Assembly (NCBI GenBank): GCA_964385605.1
Contig: CAYLPQ010000001.1
Coordinates: 77,896-141,895 of the forward strand
DNA from: an uncultured Oscillospiraceae bacterium
GTDB taxonomy: Bacteria > Bacillota > Clostridia > UMGS1883
Length of the DNA: 64,000 nucleotides
Direction: 5' to 3'
Shown here: piece by piece, positions 30,175 through 39,696 of the stretch
How positions within the stretch are numbered: the stretch's first letter is position 1
How the letters are laid out: every line of letters starts with the position of its first letter
Translations under genes and position numbers: made by a program
Notes under the pieces: model-generated
Seen by the model: the letters and a program-made list of their open reading frames with translations, nothing else
What the model was told of the DNA's origin: nothing
Database searches by the model: none

Positions 30175-32964
30175 TTAATCGTATTGTGAGTTCATATTTG
30201 TTATAACAACAAGGTCGTATACCGTACCGTCAATACGTTTTAAAAGAACCTTTGTATCCGGATTGAAATTCTCGTAACCTTTTGCTGTAAGCTGTGCCGC
30301 TGACGGAATTTTATCTCTAGTTATAACCTTGACTTCTTTTGTTTCGCAATCAAATTCAAATATGGACATTGAGCTTGATTCTGACTGAAGGATTGTCGTC
30401 CAGAAGGTTTCTTCAGTAGGGGTCTTATTTCCAGACATATTAATATAGTCTGCATTGGCTTTACTGTAAGTGCTGATTTTGTTACTGCCTACATGACACG
30501 GATAGCCCAGAATATAATAGTTTTCGTCATCGTTAATTTCTGTCTGTCCGTTCATGTCAAAATAAGTGTAATCGGGGTCAGTATCCCTCTGGGGAGAATA
30601 TACAATCCTGGCCCTGCTTATTCCCTCTTCATTATCAAAACCGATTTCAAAAACATCACCTGCAAGGATTTTTCCGTTGCTATCAGGGTAACGTTTTTTT
30701 ACTGCCTCGGAAAGAATGCCATCATATGATTCAACAAAGGATCTGAAGTCCTGTGCCCACCAACCGTTTATAGCCTGTTTGAATTCCCCGTCAAAGTCCT
30801 TCTGCACATAGGCTTCGGTAACTACAAAGAGTCTTGAATTTATATCTAGCGGTTCAGACACTACAATCGCTCCGGCTTCCCATCCGTCATCCGCATCATA
30901 AAGCTTAAGATAACAGCTACCGTAACGTCTTGTATAAGCCGTATAATCAATAACACTGACCAGTTCTTCGTTGGTTTCTTCCACAGTTTTAGAAGTGGTG
31001 TTAACGGCAAAAATTTTAGTATTTGAAGTTATAATCTGATTTCCGTTATAGGTTCTCAATCCATTTATACTCTTTGTTGAATATCCTGATTCACTTACAA
31101 AATCAAGGCTGAAGTTCTCAAGGTCAAAGCCGAACATTGAGCCTGTATTATCAGTTGCGGAGTCAAGCTCCTTCAGTTTTCCGTCAGAGTTTATTCTCAC
31201 CATTACAAGCTGCGGCTTGATATTGCCTGTCGCTGCATCGAAGAAAATACTTGATGAAAGGATGTCATTACCGGTCTTATTTTTTATGCCGTCAAAAGTC
31301 AATTTATCGGCAACCGGAACTGTTACATAATCATTGCTTTCAAGAAGAAGCTTTACACTTACTCTACCGCCGTCAAGTCCCTGTCCTGTCTTTCCTGCAT
31401 CCAGCATATAAGCATACTGGAGTCTGCCTTGTGTTTCAATAAGCATCGCTATGTTTCCCTCATAGTTAAGAAGCACTCTATATGACGACCCCGGCACAGG
31501 GGCATTAAAAGTTACCGGCTTTGTATTCATAAGGGTTTCATAGGTATTGGAAAATTCGTAAACCATATCACCAAATATAACTCTTATTTTTCCGTCTTCA
31601 GCTGTTTCGACAGATTCTGCAACAATTTCCAAAGTCAGCTCGGAAACAATAAAACGAATTTTTTCATTATTCTTGCTTCTGAATACCGATACAACACTGT
31701 TTTCCTTTATGCCGTCGGGCAAAATTTGCTCACCTGCGGCATTCTGGAAAATGCAAGTTTTATATTCTCCGTAATTTATAAACGCATAATCATCCTCGGA
31801 ATAAGTTGCCACAAACTTTTTTGTCTCTGCATTGCAATTTTTAAAAACAATATCGCGGTATTCCTCTGCTATTACTGTTTCATAGTCACCGTCCATATCT
31901 GCATCGATAAGCTTTAGGGTTCCGTCCTTAATTTTGAGGGTTTCGCCGTTAAAGGTTTTGTCAAGACCTCCGTTATAGATAAGGTTGGCATACGGGTCTA
32001 TCCTATATTTTTTCTTTTTACCGTTAATTTCCGCAGTCACACAAGTCTTGGAAAAATCTCCGGACTCTGTCAGAAGTTCATAAGCTTTTACTGTTACGAT
32101 GTCATTTCTGCCTGTTTTTTCACTGACATAAAGCAGTGCATTATTATCCTGCTTATAGTAATACTCTACATAACAACCAAGAAATTCTCTTTCCCGGTCA
32201 TCTGTCCCTGTGAGAACTTTTTTACCTATTTTACTACAATCAATCGCAAGAGCCGTTTCTCCGTTTATCGCAGTAATACCGTTATCTGTCATAACACCTT
32301 CGCCGATATAGATACTATGATATACGTTAAGCGCTGTGTTATCCTCATAGCTTGCAAAATAAGCCTTATCATTTGTGAGGTAAACAATTTCATAGACCTC
32401 TGCTTCTGCAGATAACTTTATAAGGTTTGCCGCTGTATCAAATGTAAGAGGTGCATCAAAATCGTAGGGTGGATTATCTACAATACCGATATTATATGCA
32501 CAACGCAAGTATCCATCCGAATAACCTCCTGCTACTGTAGCCGCCGGGGTATATCCAAGAGCAGTAACAACCGTTTTTATCGCCTGCCTGTATGTAATAG
32601 GTTCGTCCGGTAAAAATCTCCCGTCTCCCACACCATTCATAATACCCAAGGCTGCCATAGCATCAATTTCACAGGCATAAAGATTACTTTGCGGAACATC
32701 AGTGAAACAGTTATTAGTGTTATAATCTTTGTTTATCCCTAAAAGATCTGCAACCATTTTGGCAAATGTAGCCCTGGAAACTGTAGAGTCCGGCTTTTCT
32801 TCGGGAAAACTATATATTTCAAGGAATGTTATGAAATCGACATTTTTCTCATAATCTGCAGTGTCTGTTACCGATGTCTTATTTTCCTCCTGTGCGAAGG
32901 TTGGCATTCCGGACACAAGCAGTGCTATCAGCAGGACAAGCGCAGTTATTTTATTAAATCTCAT
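30175..32964 (-). CDS. cell-surface protein with three N-terminal SLH domains and a large beta-rich C-terminal region (929 aa)
   Basis: After the signal peptide (MRFNKITALVLLIALLVSGMPTFA) come SLH-like repeats: FTDVPQSNLYACEIDAMAALGIMNGVGDGRFLPDEPITYRQAIKTVVTALGY and flanking repeats. Confidence 0.65.
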   Translation of the reverse strand: MRFNKITALVLLIALLVSGMPTFAQEENKTSVTDTADYEKNVDFITFLEIYSFPEEKPDSTVSRATFAKMVADLLGINKDYNTNNCFTDVPQSNLYACEIDAMAALGIMNGVGDGRFLPDEPITYRQAIKTVVTALGYTPAATVAGGYSDGYLRCAYNIGIVDNPPYDFDAPLTFDTAANLIKLSAEAEVYEIVYLTNDKAYFASYEDNTALNVYHSIYIGEGVMTDNGITAINGETALAIDCSKIGKKVLTGTDDREREFLGCYVEYYYKQDNNALLYVSEKTGRNDIVTVKAYELLTESGDFSKTCVTAEINGKKKKYRIDPYANLIYNGGLDKTFNGETLKIKDGTLKLIDADMDGDYETVIAEEYRDIVFKNCNAETKKFVATYSEDDYAFINYGEYKTCIFQNAAGEQILPDGIKENSVVSVFRSKNNEKIRFIVSELTLEIVAESVETAEDGKIRVIFGDMVYEFSNTYETLMNTKPVTFNAPVPGSSYRVLLNYEGNIAMLIETQGRLQYAYMLDAGKTGQGLDGGRVSVKLLLESNDYVTVPVADKLTFDGIKNKTGNDILSSSIFFDAATGNIKPQLVMVRINSDGKLKELDSATDNTGSMFGFDLENFSLDFVSESGYSTKSINGLRTYNGNQIITSNTKIFAVNTTSKTVEETNEELVSVIDYTAYTRRYGSCYLKLYDADDGWEAGAIVVSEPLDINSRLFVVTEAYVQKDFDGEFKQAINGWWAQDFRSFVESYDGILSEAVKKRYPDSNGKILAGDVFEIGFDNEEGISRARIVYSPQRDTDPDYTYFDMNGQTEINDDENYYILGYPCHVGSNKISTYSKANADYINMSGNKTPTEETFWTTILQSESSSMSIFEFDCETKEVKVITRDKIPSAAQLTAKGYENFNPDTKVLLKRIDGTVYDLVVITNMNSQYD

Positions 32965-32980
32965 ACTTAATCCTCCTGAC

Positions 32981-34798
32981 TTATTTTTCTATCAATTCGC
33001 AAATCAACTTTACTGCCTGTGCTCTTGTAAGCTCTTCCATTGGACGGAAGCTTCCGTCTTCGAAGCCTGAAATTATACCTGCTGCTACGAGCATTTCTAC
33101 ACTTTCTGCAGCATATTCTGAAATTTCATCAAAATCTGTTACACTACCACTACCGGAAAGAGTAATACCATTCTTTTTGCACAGGCGCGCAATCATTACA
33201 GCTGCGTCCTGCCTTGAAACGGGTTTTGCCGGCATAAATGTTCCGTCACCCATTCCATTAATGATGCCTGAATCCACTGCAATTTTTATGTAAGAAGCAG
33301 ACCATCTGTCATTTTCAACATCGCTGAAGTTTAACTCTGCCTCTGATTCTTCAAGTTCAAATGCTACTACCAGCATTTTCACAAACTGCTCTCTAGTAAC
33401 TTCCTTATCAGGCATAAAGGATCCGTCGGGATAACCTTCAACAACTTTCTTTGAAGAAAGATTTTTTATTGAAGTGTATGCCCAGTGAGAATCTGTAATA
33501 TCAGTATAATACACACCCTGCACTTCATCTTTTTCTTTATCAGAACTGATAAGATTATCATTAACACCCAAAATGTTATTCATATTTGAGCTTCCGCCTG
33601 TGCCGGAGAATCCGCCACCGTCAGAGCTTCCGCCACTACTGCTTCCACCGCCACCGGAGGATCCGCCACCGCCTGAAGATGACCCACCTTTAAGTACATT
33701 TATACGTTTTTTGAGAGCTTCGAGTACCTGCGACGGTTTTTCAAAATCTTTGTCTACAAATGCCTTGTTTACCTCGTAATCTGTATACTTTTCACAATAG
33801 ATAGCATAATCTGTCTTATCAAGACCAAGAAGTACAGAATACTTTTCTATAACGGGTGCAACAGTTGTTGCATCCTTCGTATTAAGAAGAGCAAGTGCTA
33901 CCGCCTGCGCTATTGCAGTTTTTACATCCGTCATACATTCAGGCGCATCATCCTTAAGAATTGTTGCTGCAATTGGATAAGCTGCATCCTTCATAAGAGT
34001 ATAATGTTCATTCTCTTCTGAAAAGTCATACCCGATAAGATTACCGTACTTGCCGATGTAATTTTTAATATCTTCACTACTGATGCTTTCGGGAAATTCA
34101 CGAAGTGCATCTACAATTTCGAGAACATTTGTAATATCCTGCATTGAATTGAATTTTTTTCCTGTAGCAGAAGAAACTTTACAGTCGTTATTTCTTACTG
34201 AAATAAACTTTTCATGTATTTCGTCTTTGTTAGCCTGATAGTCATCGCCAAGCTCAATTCCCAAAAGGAGCTGATTTTGTCTCAAAAGTTCTTCAAGCTC
34301 ACTTGCTTCTGCATTTTCAAATGCCGGAAGTGTTACATGAGTGATAGTATCATCTGTGTAATACTGTCTGAGAATTGATGCTTCAACAGGCATTCTGCCA
34401 CTACCACTGGCTTTTACTATGAGGTACTGCCCGTTTTCAATGCCGTCAAGAGCAAAACGAATGCTATATTCACCGTTTACAGATGCCTTTACCTCGTTCC
34501 AACGAATGAGCTTTGTAATATCCTCAAGAGGCTTCATTTCCGCAGGATTCTCTGAAAGCTCACCATTTTCAAGTCTGATATCCTCAAGACCGTTTATAAA
34601 TGCAGGGTCATATACTACTATATTTATAGCCTGACCATATTTTGCGGGAGTTGTTCCACTTACAACAAGGAATTCTCCCTCATCAGAAAAGTCAAACTCT
34701 GCATTAAGAACAAAACCTTCAGCTGCACCGACCTGTACAGAACACAATGTGAAAAGCATTGTCAATGCGAGAATTAAACTGATTAACTTGTTTTTCAT
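32981..34798 (-). CDS. cell-surface protein with a helical N-terminal region, a Gly/Ser linker and three C-terminal SLH domains (605 aa)
   Basis: After the signal peptide comes the linker GGSSSGGGGSSGGGGSSSGGSSDGGGFSGTGGSS. The C-terminus has SLH repeats: WAYTSIKNLSSKKVVEGYPDGSFMPDKEVTREQFVKMLV, WSASYIKIAVDSGIINGMGDGTFMPAKPVSRQDAAVMIARL and AAESVEMLVAAGIISGFEDGSFRPMEELTRAQAVKLI. Confidence 0.7.
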   Translation of the reverse strand: MKNKLISLILALTMLFTLCSVQVGAAEGFVLNAEFDFSDEGEFLVVSGTTPAKYGQAINIVVYDPAFINGLEDIRLENGELSENPAEMKPLEDITKLIRWNEVKASVNGEYSIRFALDGIENGQYLIVKASGSGRMPVEASILRQYYTDDTITHVTLPAFENAEASELEELLRQNQLLLGIELGDDYQANKDEIHEKFISVRNNDCKVSSATGKKFNSMQDITNVLEIVDALREFPESISSEDIKNYIGKYGNLIGYDFSEENEHYTLMKDAAYPIAATILKDDAPECMTDVKTAIAQAVALALLNTKDATTVAPVIEKYSVLLGLDKTDYAIYCEKYTDYEVNKAFVDKDFEKPSQVLEALKKRINVLKGGSSSGGGGSSGGGGSSSGGSSDGGGFSGTGGSSNMNNILGVNDNLISSDKEKDEVQGVYYTDITDSHWAYTSIKNLSSKKVVEGYPDGSFMPDKEVTREQFVKMLVVAFELEESEAELNFSDVENDRWSASYIKIAVDSGIINGMGDGTFMPAKPVSRQDAAVMIARLCKKNGITLSGSGSVTDFDEISEYAAESVEMLVAAGIISGFEDGSFRPMEELTRAQAVKLICELIEK

Positions 34799-37699
34799 TT
34801 ATTTTCCATCCTTTCCCGAGATGACTTTTACGTCGACAGAAATAATCGTGGCAGGACTACCTGCAGCACCTACACGGAAATCTGTTCCTAATAAATCCAT
34901 ATTTCCCAGACATATATCGTCAAACTTAAAGGTCTGTGTTACAATCTTGCCGGTATTTTTTCTATCAATATAATTTTTTTCAGTGGTAACCTTGTTCACA
35001 TATTTATGCGAATTCTGAATCCATCTGTGGTAATAGAACGTAATGGGAAGAGTTGTATCATCTTTGTAGGTTATGGAAATCTCTGCCGCTACGTTGTCGC
35101 TATCTACTACCTCGCGCTTTACGTTTACATAAAGCTCTTTTCCTGCAGGAACTTCAGTTCCAACATATGTACCGTCTTCTGCGTAGAGAGGATTTACATC
35201 AAATGCAAAATCACCCTCGTATGCGATGGCATCACAGGATTCGGAAATGTCATATCTTCCGCCGGAGGCAGGATTACCGGTGATATCAGAAACATCTGCC
35301 CAACCGAACTGTGCTATTTTGAAAGTTTCATCCCAGCAACCAAAGATTGCATAAGTGTTTTTTGGACTCATCTGGGGATGAAGATGTCCGGGATTTGCGG
35401 AGTTTTGAGGGAGGAATGCGATTGTTTCTGTAGCACCGGTCTCGGCATCAATCACAAAAAGTCCTGAAAGCTTCGCTGATGAACCGTATTTATTATCTGC
35501 AGCAATCCATCTGCCGTCATGACTTATCATTGAGTGATTAGTACCTGTACCTGCACTTCCAAGAATTGTGGGGGCGATACCGTAGTCCGCCTTTATATAT
35601 CTCTTGTCAGTACCATCAATTCTCTGCAAAAGGAAATTTGTATCAGGACCAACAAATCCACGCATTCCGTCAACATAAGTGGAACTGCCTACCTTGCCAA
35701 TCCACTCACCGTCATAAGACCAGAACTCGTGACCGGCATTTTCGCCGACGTAACCGCTGCCGGGCTTTTCGGGGTCAGGAGATCTGAACCATTTTTGTTC
35801 AACTATGTTATAGTATTCGTCAGTATCAGTATTTACAATCCATACTCGCTCGGGATTAAGACTTCCCTCGTAAAAATACGCAAGAGTTGCATTTGATGTT
35901 TCGTGAGCAAAGAAATACAGATTACTGTACTTTGGGTTTGGATTTATGCACGGATGATTAGGTGCATAGTCAGGAAAATCAAAACCGTAGTAATGACTTA
36001 AATCCCATTCACCGGTTTTAATGTCAAATATAGGGAATCTGGTCATCAGCTTGTTGTCAAATTCACCGCTGTTATCTGCCCACCAAACACTTAACTTTGA
36101 TTCGTCATTGTTAACCTGCAAAAGTGATGGAGAACTCTTTTGCCACTCCGGAAGCTTGCCTATAAAAGTTGCTTCATATGTGTCAAGATCAAGCTTCCAT
36201 ATTTCGTATTTTCTGTTTATATACCACAAATTGTTAAGAGGGGTAACCATACAGTTGTTTTCGTTGGGAGAATCTGAAATGTATTTACACATTTCTGTCT
36301 TAATATTATATTCCCATATTTTATTGTCCGCAGTTCTGAAATAAATTCTGGTTTCATCCATAGACATACAGTTCATAGTAAAATACGGTTTTATTGCATT
36401 CTGTCCAAAGAAGTTAACTGTGTAATAGGTTCTGCCCGTATATTTATCTACATACGTTTTCTTGGGAATCTTAAAATCCGTACTCATAAGCCAATCCCAG
36501 ATATTGTCATCGTTTGCGTTGGCAAGGGTTTCCATATTGTAATCTCCAGAATTCATACCGTCTGTAAACGGACAGTAACCTGTATCGGGATTAGTCATAG
36601 AAAAACAGTTCATTGCCAGAAGCACAAACGCATCAACGTCGGCATTTTTCTCCGGTTGGAAAAGCATACTTCCCACCGTAATGAGTTTTTTGTCTTTTGC
36701 AAGCTGATAAACGTCGGTCTCTTCGGTTACATTTTCACCAATAAGCTTAAGATACCACTCTACAAGCTCTTTCTGCGTAAAATAATCTTTTGCACCGAGT
36801 GTATCGCCTTTTTCTATAATTCCAAGCTCAATTGCCATTGCCACATAGGGATCCGCCTCGGGACTCACATCGCTAAAGCCTGATTTTATATTTTTCGAAA
36901 GAGCCTCATCTTCCATTCTGTAGGTTTTTATAAGCTGTGTAAGCGCCTCTTCCCTCGTAAGCTCTTTGTCAAGGCGGGGTTCAAAAACTTCTCCCTCACC
37001 GTATCCGTCAAAAACCTCAAGAGTATGAAGTGAGTTTGCTTTTTGCCTGTTAAATGTGCCTATCTTTTCGCCAGGCTTTGCAGTACGGCTTATGTTACGC
37101 ACCTCTACCTTGGAGAATGAGTTATATGCACCTGAACGTATTCTTATATCTGCACCGTTATCAAATTTTCCTGTAAATTCCGCATCATCAATATGTATCC
37201 TTACACGGAACCAGGTTCCCTGTGTTTTAACACCGTTTTCGTCAAGACCAAGCTTGTATACTCTTTCAGATTTAGTGGTCGTTGAACCCCTCGGTTGATA
37301 TTCCACGTAGAAATATCCGCCTCCGCCATAGTCCCAATAGTCAAGTATTATTTCAAAAACACTGTCGTCTTTACCTGCAAAGTTCTCATCAAGCTTGAAA
37401 TAGAAGTAGTTCTCAACATAAACCTGTCGTGCCTCTACCCCGTTCCATTCAACCTTTTCACTGTAAAGTTCACTGTATCTGCCCTCTTCCTCGGAGCCAA
37501 GATAAGTCATCTTATCCATTTTCGGCCGACTACTGAAAATGATTGATGCATTTTCGGAATTTGGGGTATCAGGACCTGTTACGGCAGTCTGCATTGATGC
37601 GTAATCATCATCTGATGCTGCAAAAGTATTTACCGCAAAAAGGACAGACATTATTAAAATAAACGCAAAGGATATTAATCCAATTCTTTTCCTTTTCAT
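34799..37699 (-). CDS. secreted 966-aa beta-propeller-like protein (function unknown; possible lyase or binding module)
   Basis: The signal peptide is MKRKRIGLISFAFILIMSVLFAVNTFA. A long beta-strand-rich region has repeated W/Y-rich blades. One SLH-like segment appears mid-protein (FSDVSPEADPYVAMAIELGII). Confidence 0.45.
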   Translation of the reverse strand: MKRKRIGLISFAFILIMSVLFAVNTFAASDDDYASMQTAVTGPDTPNSENASIIFSSRPKMDKMTYLGSEEEGRYSELYSEKVEWNGVEARQVYVENYFYFKLDENFAGKDDSVFEIILDYWDYGGGGYFYVEYQPRGSTTTKSERVYKLGLDENGVKTQGTWFRVRIHIDDAEFTGKFDNGADIRIRSGAYNSFSKVEVRNISRTAKPGEKIGTFNRQKANSLHTLEVFDGYGEGEVFEPRLDKELTREEALTQLIKTYRMEDEALSKNIKSGFSDVSPEADPYVAMAIELGIIEKGDTLGAKDYFTQKELVEWYLKLIGENVTEETDVYQLAKDKKLITVGSMLFQPEKNADVDAFVLLAMNCFSMTNPDTGYCPFTDGMNSGDYNMETLANANDDNIWDWLMSTDFKIPKKTYVDKYTGRTYYTVNFFGQNAIKPYFTMNCMSMDETRIYFRTADNKIWEYNIKTEMCKYISDSPNENNCMVTPLNNLWYINRKYEIWKLDLDTYEATFIGKLPEWQKSSPSLLQVNNDESKLSVWWADNSGEFDNKLMTRFPIFDIKTGEWDLSHYYGFDFPDYAPNHPCINPNPKYSNLYFFAHETSNATLAYFYEGSLNPERVWIVNTDTDEYYNIVEQKWFRSPDPEKPGSGYVGENAGHEFWSYDGEWIGKVGSSTYVDGMRGFVGPDTNFLLQRIDGTDKRYIKADYGIAPTILGSAGTGTNHSMISHDGRWIAADNKYGSSAKLSGLFVIDAETGATETIAFLPQNSANPGHLHPQMSPKNTYAIFGCWDETFKIAQFGWADVSDITGNPASGGRYDISESCDAIAYEGDFAFDVNPLYAEDGTYVGTEVPAGKELYVNVKREVVDSDNVAAEISITYKDDTTLPITFYYHRWIQNSHKYVNKVTTEKNYIDRKNTGKIVTQTFKFDDICLGNMDLLGTDFRVGAAGSPATIISVDVKVISGKDGK

Positions 37700-37714
37700 A
37701 GTCTACCTCCCATA

Positions 37715-39274
37715 TCAGTCGGCGGCAATTATTCTGATGGCATTAATTGCTATATCTTTATTGGAAGTAATTGTGTTTGTACCACTTCCTATATCTGTGA
37801 TATCAAAAGTCATCTTCTGCCATTTTCCGCTTTCTGAAACAGTCTTTTCCTCTCCGTTAAGAGTAATTACTGTATCGTCTGTGGGAGCATTGTACGTAAC
37901 TATAACCTTTACATTTCCCGTATAGAGGTCACTGTCAGTTACATTGAACTCAACTGCACCTCCGGGAATTGAAGAAAGTTTTATTCCTGTACGGTTACCA
38001 ATTTTTTCAGGAATGAAGCCTGCCGCATTTGTTGTCAGGTCACACACGACCGTCCCTCCGTCTGCAGTAAGGTATGAGCCGGCATTTTTCTTAAGAGTAT
38101 AAAATTCGTCTGTTTCCCCATCTGTATCAAAAATCGGATACACTTTGAAATCACGAACCTTAATACCGGTTGTCCGCCAGTCATCGCAGCTTATTCTGAA
38201 GTTGTAGTAACCATTACCCAGATTGTCGTTGTACTGGAAAGTATCACCTGCCTGAAGGGGATAAACTCTTCTTATAGTTTTCCATGTATTTGTATTTGTT
38301 TTTGTAATTGCAAGTGATCTGTTCTGCCTGTTTCCGTCAGCTCTCGTGACATAGGCATCAAAAGTCATTTTTGAAGATCCTTCATCAAAATATGTAAATT
38401 CATAAGCAACAGCCTCTGCTCCCGAAGTCTCTGCAAAATAATCGTCTGAAAATCTGTAAGTAAGAAATGCCTGTCCCTGAACACCGTTTGCAATACGGTA
38501 TGTTGACCAGAAGCAGTCAAGTCCGCCCGCCTGTGTCTTTGTAACATAGAAGTTTCTGTTTTCCTCCGTGAGAGTACCTGTAAAAATGAAATTTCCGTCA
38601 GGCGACTGTGTGTATTCATCAGTAGTGATAGCCGCATTTTTGTAAAGTGTTGTTGCACTTACTTCACCAACTTCGGATTCCTTACCCTCTGTATCTACTG
38701 CACGAACTTCAAAATTGTAATCAGTTCCACTTGCAAGATTCTCAACAGTGCAGTTGAGATTTGCACAATCCTCTGCCACAAGCATCCCTTCATCGTAGAT
38801 ATTATAAGTAAGGTTATCTGTGCTGTCATAATCGTCAAGGGCACCTTCCCAGTTGATTGTGGCATCTGACACATTTGCAATTGCAGAAAGCCCCTCTGGA
38901 GCTGTAGGAGCATTGTTAAGAAGAGACATATTTCCGGAAAGACTATTCCAGACATTGTAGGCAAGAACTCCGCCATCCTCGGTCTTATCTTCAAGAGTTA
39001 AGCTGATTGTATTTCCATCGAGAAGAGAAACATCCTCACATACCTCTGCATTAACAGAAAGTATTCTGCCGGAATCAGGGTGCATATATGCCGCAACAAG
39101 CACCGCACTCTTCCCTGCAGGCTTTGAAAGAAGCTCCGCATTAACTGTAGTTACCCCGTTTTCTGTCTGCACCGTAGTTTCCCCAATAATAACTCTTTCC
39201 TCTGTTGCGCTTACATTAACGCATCCAAAAAGAACCATCATTGTAAGCATAAGCACTAAAAACTTTTTCATCAT
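37715..39274 (-). CDS. secreted protein with a fibronectin type III domain and a LamG/ConA-like region (519 aa)
   Basis: The signal peptide is MMKKFLVLMLTMMVLFGCVNVSA. The FN3 signature is NLTYNIYDEGMLVAEDCANLNCTVENLASGTDYNFEVRAVDTEGKESEVGEVSATT. Confidence 0.55.
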   Translation of the reverse strand: MMKKFLVLMLTMMVLFGCVNVSATEERVIIGETTVQTENGVTTVNAELLSKPAGKSAVLVAAYMHPDSGRILSVNAEVCEDVSLLDGNTISLTLEDKTEDGGVLAYNVWNSLSGNMSLLNNAPTAPEGLSAIANVSDATINWEGALDDYDSTDNLTYNIYDEGMLVAEDCANLNCTVENLASGTDYNFEVRAVDTEGKESEVGEVSATTLYKNAAITTDEYTQSPDGNFIFTGTLTEENRNFYVTKTQAGGLDCFWSTYRIANGVQGQAFLTYRFSDDYFAETSGAEAVAYEFTYFDEGSSKMTFDAYVTRADGNRQNRSLAITKTNTNTWKTIRRVYPLQAGDTFQYNDNLGNGYYNFRISCDDWRTTGIKVRDFKVYPIFDTDGETDEFYTLKKNAGSYLTADGGTVVCDLTTNAAGFIPEKIGNRTGIKLSSIPGGAVEFNVTDSDLYTGNVKVIVTYNAPTDDTVITLNGEEKTVSESGKWQKMTFDITDIGSGTNTITSNKDIAINAIRIIAAD

Positions 39275-39569
39275 ATTGTCCTCCTCTTTACAGTTTATAT
39301 ATTTTCAAAAAAGTTCTTTCTATACTATACCTAACTTAAGTATAGTGTTAATCACTGTTTTATTCAATGTACAATTATTCGCAGTTAATTCATTTTTATT
39401 CTAGAGAACCTATTATTTGAAAATTTAGAAAAATGTTACTGCTGTGTTTGCATTTCAATTCTAATTATATTCTGCAACATTTTTTTCCTAATTTCCTTTA
39501 ATTTATTGCTTACAATTTATTAAAACAAGAAAATTTTGTTGTAACAAGAGTATTAAGAAGTATTATTAA

Positions 39570-39610
39570 TAAAAAAGCAGGCTGGAGCCTGCACACAAGT
39601 CGCGCACATA
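39570..39610 (-). repeat. GC-rich repeat element copy 1 (A-run + GCAGGCTGGAGCCTGC hairpin + conserved tail ACNNNNGTCGCGC), acting as a terminator on the minus strand
   Basis: The plus strand reads AAAAAAGCAGGCTGGAGCCTGCACACAAGTCGCGCACAT. A homologous copy in reverse orientation lies at 60865..60908. Confidence 0.5.
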
Positions 39611-39651
39611 CAAAATGCAAACATAATTTCAAGCAAATTTCCTATATAGTT

Positions 39652-39685
39652 AAAAATGCGTTACGGAACACCGTAACGCATTTTT
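39652..39685. terminator. strong bidirectional rho-independent terminator 3' of the M20 gene
   Basis: AAAAATGCGTTACGG-AACA-CCGTAACGCATTTTT is a 10-bp perfect stem with an A5 run upstream and a T5 run downstream. It lies 12 nt after the stop at 39697. Confidence 0.75.
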
Positions 39686-39696
39686 AACAGGATGGT

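Noticed and set aside
33590-33700. GC-rich, internally repetitive DNA (CCGCCACCG-type repeats) that looks like a short tandem repeat or CRISPR-like array; a second one is at ~55000..55080
   Set aside because: Both stretches lie inside the long minus-strand ORFs and encode the Gly/Ser-rich linkers (GGSSSGGGGSS... and SGSGSSGGGGSSGGGGGGGS) of the C-SLH proteins. They have no spacer/repeat periodicity and no cas genes.
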